This document shows, piece by piece, positions 46,400-59,311 of a stretch of 64,000 nucleotides of DNA. The DNA is from Vitrella brassicaformis CCMP3155 (taxonomy: Eukaryota; Protista; Chromerida), in the NCBI GenBank assembly GCA_001179505.1, contig CDMY01000275.1, forward strand, positions 248,001 through 312,000, in the 5' to 3' direction. The notes below the pieces were generated by a model. That model saw only the letters and a program-made list of their open reading frames with translations, did no database searches and was not told where the DNA came from. Each line of letters begins with the position of its first letter. Position 1 is the first letter of the stretch. A program made the position numbers and the translations under genes.

Positions 46400-49300
46400 G
46401 CGGCTGGCCGGCTGGCTGGCTGGCTGGCTGCTTAGGTAGGTAGTGTCATCAGACTATTCACTGGTGGAATGGAATGATGCCCCCATATCCCAGGGTTCGT
46501 CTGTTCGCCGATCAGATGAGCAGATGGGATGGGCATGGGTTTTGGCTTCTCATTCGTTCATTCTTTCATGTTGCGTAATTTCCGCGTAGCTGAATGCGGA
46601 CAGTGGAGAGGGAGAGAGAGAGCGAGAGAGAGAGAGAGAGATGGGTCGCCGGGGGGATGAGTAAGTATGTATAGGCACATCGCTACACACCGATGACCAG
46701 TTATCCATCGACAGACAGACAGACAGACAGAGACGTCACGAACATGTCATGTCATTCCTTCGGTCGGTCTCTTTTTCAGCACCAAGGTATGGTATGTATG
46801 TATGGATGTCTGTATGTCCGTGTGCTGTGCATGTGTGTGCGTGTACATACAAACGAACGAACCTTCTTCCTTGGTTAATTCCTTCCTTCCTTGTCTGCCT
46901 GCCTGCCTGCCTGCCTGCTTCCTTAATTGCTGGCTGTCTGTCTGTCTGTCTGTCTGTCTGATGTCATCGTTGCCTTGCCGGGGCGCCGCTGTGTTGTCCT
47001 TTTATGTAGCTTGCTTAAGAGATATCTCTGTCTGTCTGCGGTGAGTGGCTGACTGATTGCATCGATTGATCGATCCATTTTTGCATCTCTATGCATACCT
47101 ACCTACCTACCTACCTGAGTGAGTGAGTAATCAATCGCCCCATCGCTGGCTGGCTGGCTGGCTCGGTGCTTAATCTCTTATCATGTTGACTGACTGCCAC
47201 GACTGACTGACACATGTATGCAATGCAATGCATGCTATGCTGACGAGTGAACGAATGGACGAGCGAGTAGATCCGTCCGTCCGTCCGTCCATCCATCCGT
47301 TGTAGGGATGCGTACGTACCGTACCCTTTGTAGCGATCGATCTTTCGATGTGAGCAGCAGTTTGTTGGTTGCGTGTGCGTGTGTGTGTTGGCGGAGCGGA
47401 GCGGAGCGGAGCGGGGTGGGCGTGGGAGGGGGTGGGATGGGCGGCGGGAGGTTTTCAAGCATCACTCATTCATGTCATGTGTGCGTGTGTGTGCGTGCAT
47501 GTGTACACTTTCGTGTTTGTATTTTCGTTGTCGCCCTCGTCCATTTGATGCGTTTGTTCCGTTTGATCTGATCCCTTTGTGAGGAAGGAAGGTTCTCGTG
47601 TTGTGGTGGAGTGGACGGATGTGGGAAGAAGGGGGTCACTCACAGGTTGGGGGCGCGTGAAGGAAGACTTTGCGTAGACACACAGGTGGAGTTTGCTGCA
47701 TGGCTTCCGTTGCTCGGTTCGTTCGTTGGGTTTAATGCGGGTGGTGTACACGTACGTACGTACCTTTTGTGTGTTGTGTGTGTCTGTGTGAGTTGCGTGC
47801 ATATTATGGTTTGTAAGGGCCGCTCACCTCACTCACACCATTCATTCCGCTTGCCCCTCCTGCCTCCCTCCCTCCTGTCGGTGTTTTGTTATGTTAACCC
47901 GCCTGCCATCTTTCTTCGATCTGGTTTGTTAGGCAACCGACTCCATCTACACACATTCGCACCTTTGCTGTGTCCGTCTGTCTGTCTGTCTGTCTGAGGA
48001 TTTTCGTGCTGGTTGATCGCGGGCGGACCGGACCGGGCGGCTGTCTTGTCTGCGCCGCCCCCTCCATCCCTCCCTCCCTGTCTGTCTGTCTGTCTGTGTG
48101 CCTGTGCATTGTGGCCTGCCTTTCAAGCTATTCATTACATCTAAGACGTAGGATCTATAGTAAGTAGGTGAACAACTGTTTGATGAGATTCGTTCCTTCT
48201 GCTGACTGAGAGAGAGGCAACGTACCGTCCACACACCGAACTGGCACACTGTCTGCCTGACCCGACCACCGTGCGTACAGGACACGCTTATACATATGTA
48301 TGTATGCTGGCTGGCCGGCTGCTCACTCACCCACTCCCACCTTGCTGGTTCTCGCCCCCTCTCCCTCTCTCCCTCTCCCTTATCAGCAGCTGTCTGTCCT
48401 GGCCTGCATGTGCCCTTCCTTGCTTCGCTAGCTCATCTCCGACATATACCTCTAAGCCCTTTCTTGCTTGATTCACTTCGCACTTAGCCGACCGAGGGAC
48501 GCTGCATTCACACACTCCCCTTCCCCATCCCCCCTCCCCTTCCCCCCCTACCCGTCCGTCATGCATGACTACCTGCCTGCCTGCCTGTGTTGGGGGGGCT
48601 GGCTGCATTCCAGTACCTGTGTATGTCATGATACGATACGTGTCGGTCCGTCGGTCCCATTTGCTGCGTGGATTGGATGGATGTTTGATGGGTGAATGGA
48701 CGGACGGACGGATGCGTCCGTCCGTCTGCCCGCCCGCTCCACCCCGCCCGTCCCTTTGCCCCTCGATCGATAATACATACATACATGTGCGTGTGCATTG
48801 ATGGCATGTGTACGTGTACGTGTACGTGTACGTGTACGCGTGTACGTGTACGTGTACGTGTCTGCCTGCCTGCCTGCATTGCATCAAGTACATGGCCATC
48901 ATGCCTTTACATACAGACATACATACGCATCAATCGTCCTTAGACTTTATACTTTCAGTGCACTGCCGGTGTCTGAAAGGCCCCCTTTACATACTCCTCG
49001 CTTATATAATATCCCAGCCTCTGGGTTCTGTCTGTCTCTATGCTGCATTGCATTGCATTGCATGCTGACAGACATCATGTGCAGTGCAGTGCACCCAACA
49101 CCTGCCTGCCTGCCTGCGTACGTACGTACTTGCGGGACCCCGAGCAGGGCCTGGCCTGGCCTGGTTCTGGTGCGTGTGGTGCTGCATACGTGTCATGCGT
49201 GTGTTGCGTGAATGAGTGTCTCGTAGGGGTTTATATCCTTTCTCTATCTGTTTCCTTCTTTCTTGCATGGGTACATGACATGCTATGGATGCCAGTCACA

Positions 49301-51050
49301 TCACTCTCCTCCCTCCCTCCCTCCCTCCCGCCTTGCGTACCCATCCTCCCTCCCTCTAAACGGGGCGCCCACCACCGATTTTGGTACTCACACCCATTCC
49401 ATTCCTCCGGTGCGTGTGTGTGTGCGCATTATGGATGCTGTGTGGGTGCTCTGTCTGGGTGGGGCGGAACGAGCGCATTGACTGACGGATTGATGAAGGG
49501 CAAGAAACACACAGAGACTACGCTACGTGATTGAAGCCGTATGAGAATCGGTGGTTAGGTGCTCCGTCGCATGGACGCTACTTGGTCGCATCCATCGCAT
49601 GAGTGAGTTGTGTTGTTATTAAGACGAGACGAGACGTACGGGAGTGCGGCAGGGCGGACGAAAATCCCACGATCGAATCGCATCGGTGATGATGTGATTC
49701 AGATGTACGGTCGTTCGTATGTAAGTCCGTAAAGGGGATGGCGACAGGCAGTCGGTTAACCAACCACACACACAGCACTCACTCACCATGGTGACACACA
49801 GCAGGCACACAGCAAGTGATGTGACTGACTGACATCATAGCGGCACACACCCATGGTAGGGTAGGTAGGTACACGCACTCACACACAGGGGGGAGGGCAG
49901 GGCAAGGCAGTCGAGATAAAAGGTGGACACACAGACAGACAGACAGACATTCACACACGCCACGCCAGGCCAGGCCACGTCAAAGCATCGAAATCATCAT
50001 CATAAGGCGAACACGGAGGTCCGTCCTGTCCCTCCCTCCATCCATCCTATCGTATCGTCTGTGTGTCGTGTTGTGTTGTGTGTGCACTCGTCTCGTCTCT
50101 TCGATCGACAAGCCAAAAAGACAGACAGGCAGACAGGCAGACAGGCAGACAGACAGGCAGGCAAGTATACAGGTATCATCCATCATATCAATCATTCCGG
50201 CTAGCTACAGAGAGAGACAGACAGAGAGACAGACAGACAGACACACAGACAGAGACGAGACGAGACGAGACGAGGCGAAAAAGAAGGCGCGCCCTTCCCG
50301 ACTGATACATACGATACACACACGTCATGTCATGTCATCGATTCAAAGATATATGTCGGTTATGTCTGTAGACGGGGCGGTAGGGACACGTACAGGCCAA
50401 AAAAAAAACGAAGGGGCATTTCTCTCATCCATCATTTATGTCATTCATGTGCGAGCCGAGCGAGGCCGGCCGGTCAGGTTCCCCTCGTTGCGAGGCGAGG
50501 CAGAGTCGATGCTCTGCACACACTGTTTGGGGAGGCAGTGTGTGCAGTCCATCGAAATTGCCTCCCTACAAGAGAAAACTTATCCAGCGGCCAAGCACAC
50601 ATCTATCGGTATGTATCCGTCGTATTGGCTGGCTGCCTGTGGGGCAGGAAAACCCCTCCGAACACACACAGCCGCCCCGCCCCGCCCCCCATCCATCCAT
50701 CCATCCATCCATCCATCCATCAAGAGAGTGAGCGAGTTCTGAGTGAGTCAGTAAGTAGCGGCTAGCTGGCTAGTGGCGAGCGAAGCGGTCAGCAAGGGCA
50801 TCCCATGGCGGGATGCCCTCGCGACGCCTGCCAAGCCTCAGCCATCAACGGATGTATGTGTGTTATCACACGCATGCATGAAGGTAGGTAGGTATGCACT
50901 ACGGTAGGTAGAGCGAGACGAGAGGGGGGACAGAGGAGAGGAGAGGAGAGAGGCGGACGTGTTAGGTAGGTTACGCGAGGCGAGCCACACACATGCATGG
51001 GTGTGAGAGTGTCGCTCGCTCCTGGTGGTGGGTGTAGTGTGTTCTGTGTC
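46400..51050. repeat. Apparently gene-free, microsatellite-dense tract
   Basis: Dense (GACA)n, (GCAG)n, (CTAC)n and (GA)n runs, plus (GTGTAC)n at about 48808-48861. All ORFs here are repeat-derived. Confidence 0.6.
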
Positions 51051-51055
51051 TTGAG

Positions 51056-51960
51056 TTATTCGTCGCCCTCTCCCTCGTCCCCCTCGTCGTCATCGTCATC
51101 ATCGTCGTCGTCATCCTGACACACACATGCAATGCAACACATACCACACAAATGTGTTGTGTCTTGGGAATGTGTCTCTGTGCCTCCCTGGGTTGCTTAC
51201 GTCATCGTCGTCGTCCCCCTCGTCATAGCCCTGGCCGCGGCCCTGGTTGCCCTCGCCGCCCTCACCGCCGTCGTCATCTACACACACACACATCACCACA
51301 ACAGATGGATTTGAATGAACCTCGCGCCTGTGTGCTGTGCCTCTCTCTGTGTCCGGTCCGGTTCACGCGTACCTCCTTCGTCATCGTCGTCATCGTCATC
51401 GTCCCCCTTGTTATCGTCATCGTAATCTGTGACACACACCACACCGACACAAAGCAACACGCACACAAGCGTTGCGTCAGACGGCAGCCGTCCGTCCTAT
51501 TCATGCGTGTGTCTGTCCTGTGTCTGCCCTCCCGTGTGCGCCTGTTCGTACCCTCGTCCTCCTCATCGTCGTCATCGTCGTCCTCTACGGGCGGACCCTC
51601 GCCACCGTCATCCTTCCTAGGGCGCTGAGGGCACACAGACACACACACGCGAATACGGCATGCACACACACGATGCCAAGACATGAACCAATCCAATCCG
51701 CCCGTGTCGTCGGCTGGAGGGCGTCCCGTGCCGCCCATGGCCACCCCATCCGTCCTTTCGCCCTCCCCAGGTGCCCAGATCGCCCACCTTGGGGCGCGGC
51801 TCCTCGGGAGCCTCGTCCTCGTCCTCATCCACGTCCTCGTCTGACCACACACAGGCACCATCGACACACACAGGCATCCCATCCATGCCGCTGGCGGCAG
51901 GCGTCCGTGATGCATGTGGTGGGTCGTACCACGTGTCCTCTTGTCCTCTTTGTCAGCCAT
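51056..51960 (-). CDS. Small, extremely Asp/Glu-rich disordered protein, 6 exons
   Basis: Exons join in frame at GT-AG sites: MADKEDKRT/HEDVDEDEDEAPEEPRPK/RPRKDDGGEGPPVEDDDDDDEEDE/DYDDDNKGDDDDDDDEG/DDDGGEGGEGNQGRGQGYDEGDDDDD/DDDDDDDDDEGDEGEGDE*. Confidence 0.7.
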
Positions 51961-52053
51961 CGCTCAGGGCCGTACGATAGATGATCTATGCGAGGCGATT
52001 AGCTACAACACCTGACCTGAACCCGAAGCGGCCTTGCCGACCAACCTGCCTGC

Positions 52054-52068
52054 AGGGTTCAAACCCTA
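52054..52068. promoter_or_regulatory. Telo-box-like near-palindrome AGGGTTCAAACCCTA
   Basis: One mismatch from the 1125 motif; about 94 bp upstream of the acidic-protein ATG. Confidence 0.35.
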
Positions 52069-52358
52069 GGCCCCAGGTAACCCCAGAGGCACTGGTTGCG
52101 TGAGCCATTCCACTGCTGCCGGTGTCGCGTTGAGGAGCGTTGCGGGTGCATGCAGTTGTCCTGACAAGAGAGGGCATCGGTACGTCCCTTCCCTCCATAT
52201 CCCATCTTATCCCCCTTGCACTATGACATCACACAGGCAGCCACACGTCTCAACAGACAGACAGACGATAGATAAACAGAGAGAGATGTGTCGCATCAGC
52301 CACTCGACACCGCGTCATGCAGTGAGTCGGTCGGTCGGTCGATCGGTCGGTCGGTCGG

Positions 52359-53509
52359 TTAGTCCCCCTCCTGGTGTTTGTCCTCGAGCTCCAGGATCTC
52401 CTTGGCGATATCATCCTTGCGAGACAGCTTCTGCACACACACACCCCGCCATGTCGAGAGCTCAGATCGTTAGTGAGTGCCTGCCTGGCTGGCTGACCAT
52501 CAGCTGCTCGGGAAGTGGCTGGTATCCGTTGGCCATCTTCTCCTCCAGCTGCTGAATCTCGCCCAGCTTCTTACGCAACCCACGCAGCTTCTTCTCATGG
52601 GCCGTCTTGGCGGCCGATGACGGCGATGCATCCTTGTCCTTGTCTGTGTCCTTGCCCTTACAACAACCGTCGTCATCGCTCTCGGCCTCTGTGGCTTTGA
52701 GCCGCTCCAATTTAGACGCCACCTGCTCGAGCTGAGGGCGGGCGAGTACGGACGATGCGGGATTGGCGCTCGACAGACCGTCCGCCACATTCTTTTTCTC
52801 CTTGACGTCGACGGCACGACCATCCACCTGATGGATGACGGGAGGGCATACATACACGAATGAGAAGCGGCATGGTGGCAGGTTGGGTGGGAGAGGGGGG
52901 TAGGTAGCTTACGAGGTCCTCGTCGGTGGTTCGTTCTCTGCTGTGAGTGGGTGCGTAGTTCTTGTCGGTGACCTGTCGTTCGACCTGCTCGACCTCCTCC
53001 TTCTCGGCCTTTTCTCTCTTCTTGGCCCGCTTCTTGGCGTTCTTGCTCAGCTTCACAGGGGCCTCCTCATCGGGCGGCACATAGCCAGGGATGCCCTTCT
53101 TACCATAGTGCTGACATACATCAGAAGAAGGACCACACATACATGCACACAAGTTGATTGAGATATATGTCGGAGCCCATCCACTCAGGCATGCCGGCAG
53201 CTGCTCTGCTCACCTCCGTACTGCGAAATCGCTCTTGCTCCTCCTGCAAGTAAGGCGAGGCGGCAGACAGACAGAGGCAGCAGGAGGACGGACATCAACA
53301 CAGCGCATTCACTCGAGCATGCCATGCATCACATCGGCCTGATTCTTGTGCGCTTCCTGCTGACTGACCATGGGCACGTATCCCTCCCGGACGCGAATCT
53401 CCTTTCTGGTGGTGCCATCCGGCCGTTTGCTGGCAGCAATGACCCTCTCACCACCGTCCTTGATCACATACTTCTCGCCCTGCGCACCAACCACAGTCTG
53501 CTGCGCCAT
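52359..53509 (-). CDS. PYM1: Partner of Y14 and Mago (PYM/WIBG)
   Basis: GERVIAASKRPDGTTRKEIRVREGYVP (Mago-binding motif), KLSKNAKKRAKKREK, EKKLRGLRKKLGEIQQLEEK...PEQL.KLSRKDDIAKEILEL. Confidence 0.9.
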
Positions 53510-53803
53510 CGCACACTTGGGAGCACTGCAAGAGGTTGAGGCGGGATGCGATCTGCGAGCTCATCCTCTCCAACTTGCTGATCTGTCCAAGGAGTTGATG
53601 AGGAAGACGAGGACGACCGTGACGAAGACGACAGACGGTGGGCAAGTACGCTGAGGCAGTCAAGCTGGTCGTGCCAGTGTGCGGTGGCCTTGTGTGTGCG
53701 CTTCTACAGGAACCGTCGCCGAATGGATGACTGATATATCGATTAAGACTGATCATATATCGTTTCAAGAGCTGTCTGTCGAGGCAGACCTGGGTGATGC
53801 GAG

Positions 53804-55582
53804 ATGACGAATGGAAAGCCACCTGGCCAATCGTGCAAGTAAGCAAGGGGGAGGGAAGATCAAACAAGAGTCATTCGTGAAGGGATTGATGGCCACCATG
53901 GCATGCATGTGTTTCTGTCTGTGTGTGCATGGTATGTATGGTGTTGGTGGTCTGTCTGTTCTTGGCTGGGCTCGCTGCAGTGTGTTGCGTGAGTTGGAGG
54001 ACATCGGTGCCGTCCCCGTCATCCCCGGGCAGCTGTACTATGCATCGCTGCCAAAGCGGCTGCAGGCGCAGCTGCCCCGCCACGACGACCACCAGTCGCC
54101 CGTCCAATTCTTTACCATCGATGACAAGCTGCTGTACAAGCCATTCTTCCAGGACTTCGGCCCCGTCAACCTGGGACACACTTACAGATTCTGCCGGGCG
54201 GTGCAGAGGAGGCTGAGGGAGGCAGAGGCGCACCGGTCGAGTGATGGTGGCACCAATGGCCACAGCCACCACACGCCCCCGCCCCCCTCCCCTGCAGCTG
54301 CCGCATCATCACAACCCCCAGTGGTACCGTCCTCCTCCCCCTGCCCCTCTCTGTCCCTCCCCACCCCCTCTCCCCGCCGAGTGTTGGTGCACTACTCAAA
54401 CCAGGACCCGCAGAAGCGGGCCAATGCGGTGTATCTCATGGGCGCCTTCCAGGTCATTGTGCTGGGCAAGACGGCCGAGCAGGCGTACGCGCCCTTTTTA
54501 GGCGTGTACCCGCCCCTCCTGCCCTTCCGCGACGCGTCCTTCGGCGTCTGCACCTACTCGTGCAGCATCCTGGACTGCCTCAAGGGCATTCAGTACGCCA
54601 TCAAGCTGGGCTGGTTCGACTACAAGACATTCGACGTGGAGGCCTACGACAAGTACGATGCCGTCGAGAACGGCGACCTCAACTGGGTCATCCCCAACAA
54701 ATTCATGGCCTTCTCCTCGCCGTTCGGCCTCGACCCACGGGAGCAGAGTGCGCTTAAGGCCAAGGGGCAGCACTACCTGCCGCCCGAGGACTACGCGCGG
54801 ATCTTCCGCGAGGTGGGTGTGGGGCTGGTGGTGCGGCTCAACCGCAAGACCTACGACAGGCGGCGATTCCTCGACTACGGCATACAACACATCGACCTCT
54901 TCTTCCCTGATGGAGCTTGCCCGCCAAAAGACGTCATCGACCGGTCAGTCAGTGGGGGTCAGGTCGGTGGGCGAAGACCACACAAACATTCATTCTCATC
55001 ACTTGTCTGTCAATCGGTCAATCCAGGTTCCTGATGGCGTGTGAGACGCACAAGCATGGTGTGGCGGTGCACTGCAAGGCCGGCCTGGGCCGGACGGGCA
55101 CCCTGATCGCAGCGTACGCCATCAAGAACTACAAGTTCCCGGCCGGCCCCTTCATCGGCTGGATCCGCATCTGCCGGCCGGGCAGCATCCTGGGCCCGCA
55201 GCAGCACTTTTTGTGCGAGATCGAGAAGGACCTGCTCAACGCCGATGTGCACGAGAGCGTCAACAAGACACTCATGGACGTGAGCATGGGCATGATGGAC
55301 GACGTCACGAGCAACTACCAGTCATCGCACTCATTCCATCAGGTGAGGGCGGGCGGAATAGATGGGAGGGAGGGAGGGAGGGTGGGTGGGTGGTGGGTGT
55401 TCGTTGATTGTGTGTGTGTTTCCATCCGGCTCGGATCGGTACTGCAGGACGTGTTGACAGCGGGTCAGAAGAAGATGCTGCGTCGGATGGCGGCTGCGGG
55501 CGACAAGGGGCAGGGCGAGCGACTGGTGGCCGCCAGGCGAGAAGCCAACATGAACAAACGAGAGATTCCCGCCGGGAAATAA
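53804..55582 (+). CDS. CDC14: CDC14 dual-specificity protein phosphatase
   Basis: [66 protein letters not shown], catalytic [33 protein letters not shown]. Confidence 0.96.
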
Positions 55583-55824
55583 TCGCCACTGACGATGGAT
55601 GCACACCACACTTGTTTGTTGTCCTTTTATATATACACACGGATGGAATCTGTCTGTTGATTGATCAATGGTCTGTCTGCGTCTGTCTGTCTCTGATGGA
55701 GCGAGGTAGCGAGTGAGAGGAGAGAGAGAGGTTTGTGGGGGGACGGGACGGGACACATCATATACATACATGACACCCATCGTGTGTCTACACTCTGTTT
55801 GTGCAGGCGTTGCGTTCAAACCTC

Positions 55825-55930
55825 GTCTACAGAGGCGAAGAAGATCGTGAATGCCCCAGCGGCCTTCCCCTTCCCCTGAGCGGGTGGGTTGGCCGCTGGG
55901 GCATTGACGATCTTCTTCGCCTCTGTAGAC
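55825..55930. repeat. 106-nt near-perfect hairpin (40-bp arms, 1 mismatch, 26-nt loop)
   Basis: GTCTACAGAGGCGAAGAAGATCGTGAATGCCCCAGCGGCC (55825-55864) pairs with GGCCGCTGGGGCATTGACGATCTTCTTCGCCTCTGTAGAC (55891-55930). Confidence 0.9.
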
Positions 55931-56854
55931 TACATGACATTCAGTCACATTCGATGACGTCACTCACTGACATGAAAACACACGTCTTTCGTGCTTGCTT
56001 CCTTTCTGCCTGCCTGCCTGCCTGCCTTCTGAGGGCATCGCGCAAATGCCTGCCTGTGAGGCTAGTTTGCCTGCAGCCACCTGTCTGCCTGCCTGCCTGC
56101 TTGTGTGTGTGTGTCGTGTTTATGCGGGTAGATAATAAACTCGTGCATGCCGCATGTGTCCATGCGTGTGTATGTGTGTATGGCTGTGCATTGATTAATG
56201 CATTGATTGCAAGATTGCGTGCTATACTGAGAATGAATCGGGCAGGACCGATTTTGAGTCCCGCCCGCCATTTTTGGCTTTGCATTCAGAACATCCATGA
56301 TCAATGCCTTCTATACAACGACCTTTATCTGCACGTCTTGTGCCGACGGATCATCACTAACCCGGGCGACCACTGCAGTGTCAAGGGTCAGAGTAGGCCT
56401 GCACGCCCCCCTGGTGCGATGACGTCCCCAGGCAGTTGAGCACCACGACCGACGGAGAGATGACAAGGAAGAACCCCGCAAGGAGGGATGTTGACCTGCC
56501 CGCTCTCCATGGCGCTGCATCAATGCCGACTCGGATTCTTGCTGCTCTCTGCAGGTGCAGGGCTGGGCTTGTTGGCTGCTTTGCATGTCAGCGTTGTGGG
56601 GGTGACGTGTTGCGCTGCGATGTCTGGCTGAGTCCATTTCGAATTGGGAGGGAAGGGAGAGGCGATCGTTCCCCAGAATTTTGGGGCCACCGTAAAGTCG
56701 ACGGAGAGGCTTGCCAGGATGAGCGCCGCAGCGTCCGAATCTTCCCCCGTTTTTAAGTCATCGCACAAGGTAAGCTCGGAGGCGGCAGAGAGAGAGATGA
56801 CCAGCTGCGAGCGATGAGCCGCATCAAGCGTCGTTTGTATGGCTGATCTGCCAG

Positions 56855-59311
56855 ATGTTTGACGTCGGTTCGCTTCCCGGTGACGCACTCTGGGCGTTGG
56901 CTGACCAGATGACCGTCGGCGAGTTGGTTCGTGTGCGCCGACTCAACAAAGCCGTCCGCGCCGGTCTGCGGCTCACGTACATGCTGCAGCGACTCGAGCA
57001 CTTCAACGCCACTCACAGCGCCCGCAACTTGGTCACCTTCAAGCCCGAAATGCCCGGTAGGCAGGATGCAGGCCAGCGACACAACACATCCGTCATTTCC
57101 TTCTTGTACTTGCACGGTCTTCAGGCACCCTTCGTTCCGCTGACGAGCGTTTCGAACCAGAACATCGCCCCGCCGGTCCTCAGCCCAGCCCCCTCGGCCC
57201 CTTCCCCGTCGCTGAGGACCCCAATTCTCAACCAAGGTCGGTCACCACACACAGGCAGCTACTCGCCCGCCATCCACCGCTCACTGTGTGTTGTCCTGCG
57301 TTGTGTTGTGTTGTTCAGCGTAAGGTTCGTCGTGTGTTGGCCACGTTGTGGGTGGGGGAGGAGGGCGGCGACTGGGAGGCCTGGCGACCCGTCATGACCC
57401 GCGTGGCTGCAGACCCCCAAGGCGGCGTCAGTCTGCCGGTGGTGGTGGCGGTCAAGGCGGGTGAGGGCCGTGGCAAGTGGCACCCAAGCACAAGCGTCAA
57501 GGCATACAAGGTGGGTGGGGGTGGGGGGGTAGGGGACACAAGCGCCCTGCGTCATCGCTTTCGCTCTCTCCCTCTCTCTGTGCGTGTGTGTGTGCGTGTG
57601 TGTGTGCGTGTGTGTGTGCGTGTGTGTGTGCGTGTGTGTGTTCAGAGTCACCCGGCGACATTTGCCCAGCTGACGTATCTGCACCACCACATCAACTGCA
57701 CGTTCCTGATGCCTCGAGCGGGTACCACATCACGAGTGTACCGCCTCGAGCTGCGCAACAACCGACGCGCCACATGGAAGGTCCGATGCGCACAGCGGGG
57801 CGACACATCCAACGTAAGGATGCAGACAGATGAGCGCGAACGGTCTCTCCCATCAATGCCTGTGTGCCTGTGCAGAACCCCCGCATCGTGGCCCGCCGTC
57901 GTGTGGGTACGTCGGTGACTGAGTTGGCCAGACCCTTCCTGAGTTTCTTCGAGTACGAGTACTTCACTCCCACACCGCTGCCGGCGGTGGGGGGCTGGGC
58001 GCCGGCCTCGCCATGCAGCCCATCCCCGGCGGCTGGCTGGGCCTCCTCGGCCAGCAGCAGCCCAACGTCAATGCCAATCCCAATCCCAATCCCGCCCCTG
58101 CCCCCGCCCCTCACCCTCCCCCTCCCCCACCCCAAGACACACATGACACACACGACAACCAAGATGACGAGCCGGCTGCCCAGGCCAGCGACGAGCCACA
58201 GTCAGGAGGAGATACCGAGGAGCAGGAGGGGCCGGTGGGTGGTGTTGATGAGGGAGGCGATAGCGACATGGGCGTGTGTGTGGAGGAGAAGGGTTCGGAC
58301 AGTGGTGAGTGTGCTGACGACGGGGGCGAGGATTACAGTGTGGACGGCGAAGATGATGCTGTCGGTATGGACGGCGAGGCTGACGAGGGTGGTGGTGGTC
58401 TCGATGACGACGGTAACGGTCTCGACATGAATTCCGATAACGACGACGATGAGGTCAGCAGGCAGAGAGGAGAATCTGCCGCTTTTTGCACATACGGACA
58501 CCTGTTTGTATTGCCAGCAGGATGAAGAGGGTGGGGGCATTCCGTACTTCTCTGATTGGGACTCGCCGATCTCATCTTGGGGCAGCCAGGGCACTGTTTT
58601 CAGGTCAGCAAACATACACGCGGACCTTCTCATGTGTGTGATGTGGGTGCCTGTGTCGTCTGTGTTGTTTCGTCGATATCAGTGGCGACACCCGACACGA
58701 GTACGAAATGACTTTTGACGACTATGACCGACATGACGACAGCAGCGAAGATGAGGAGGGGGGCGACCAGCGGCGGGAGGAGAGGTATCGGTCGCAGGAG
58801 GGACACGGCGAATTCTTCATGTGGTGGAGGCCCGTACGCCGCAGAGGCCCCTAGTGAGCGCAGGGGGGTGGCAGTGTTGTGCATGACATGTGTTGGGATG
58901 TTGTGGTGCTATTTTTAGTGGCGGCCGCTTCAGTGATATGAGCGAGCTGGATGGGATGAAGGACAAGATGGACGATGAGATGAGTGAGATGGCTGCGCCC
59001 AGGTACACAAATCTATGCGTGTCTGCACCCCATTTCTGGTTTGCACACTTTCCCCAGTGTGGTTTTTGGTTTGCAGTGCGGCACCTGCTGCTGCTGCTGC
59101 TGCTGCTGCCGTGGTTGCCTCTCCCACGACGCGTTTCCAGCAGACAGCCACAGAGATGCTGGCACGTGCTCCGCCGCGGCGCACCCACGACAGTGGTCGT
59201 GTGCAGTGGGGAGGGGTGCCGGCAGCTGCCGACAACCATACCAACAGCAACGATGACAGCACCGATCAGACGCAGCAAGGCCAGATGGCGAACAGGGCAC
59301 ACACAATCTGA
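56855..59311 (+). CDS. Lineage-specific protein with an N-terminal F-box-like motif and an acidic disordered C-terminus
   Basis: SLPGDALWALADQMTVGELVRVRRLNKAVR resembles the F-box consensus. Multiple GT-AG exons, e.g. LWVGEEGGDWEAWRPVM and TFAQLTYLHHHINCTF; D/E/G-rich region. Confidence 0.55.

Noticed and set aside
48808-48861. Regular short repeat array as a CRISPR-like locus
   Set aside because: Simple (GTGTAC)n microsatellite without unique spacers; eukaryotic context and no cas genes.
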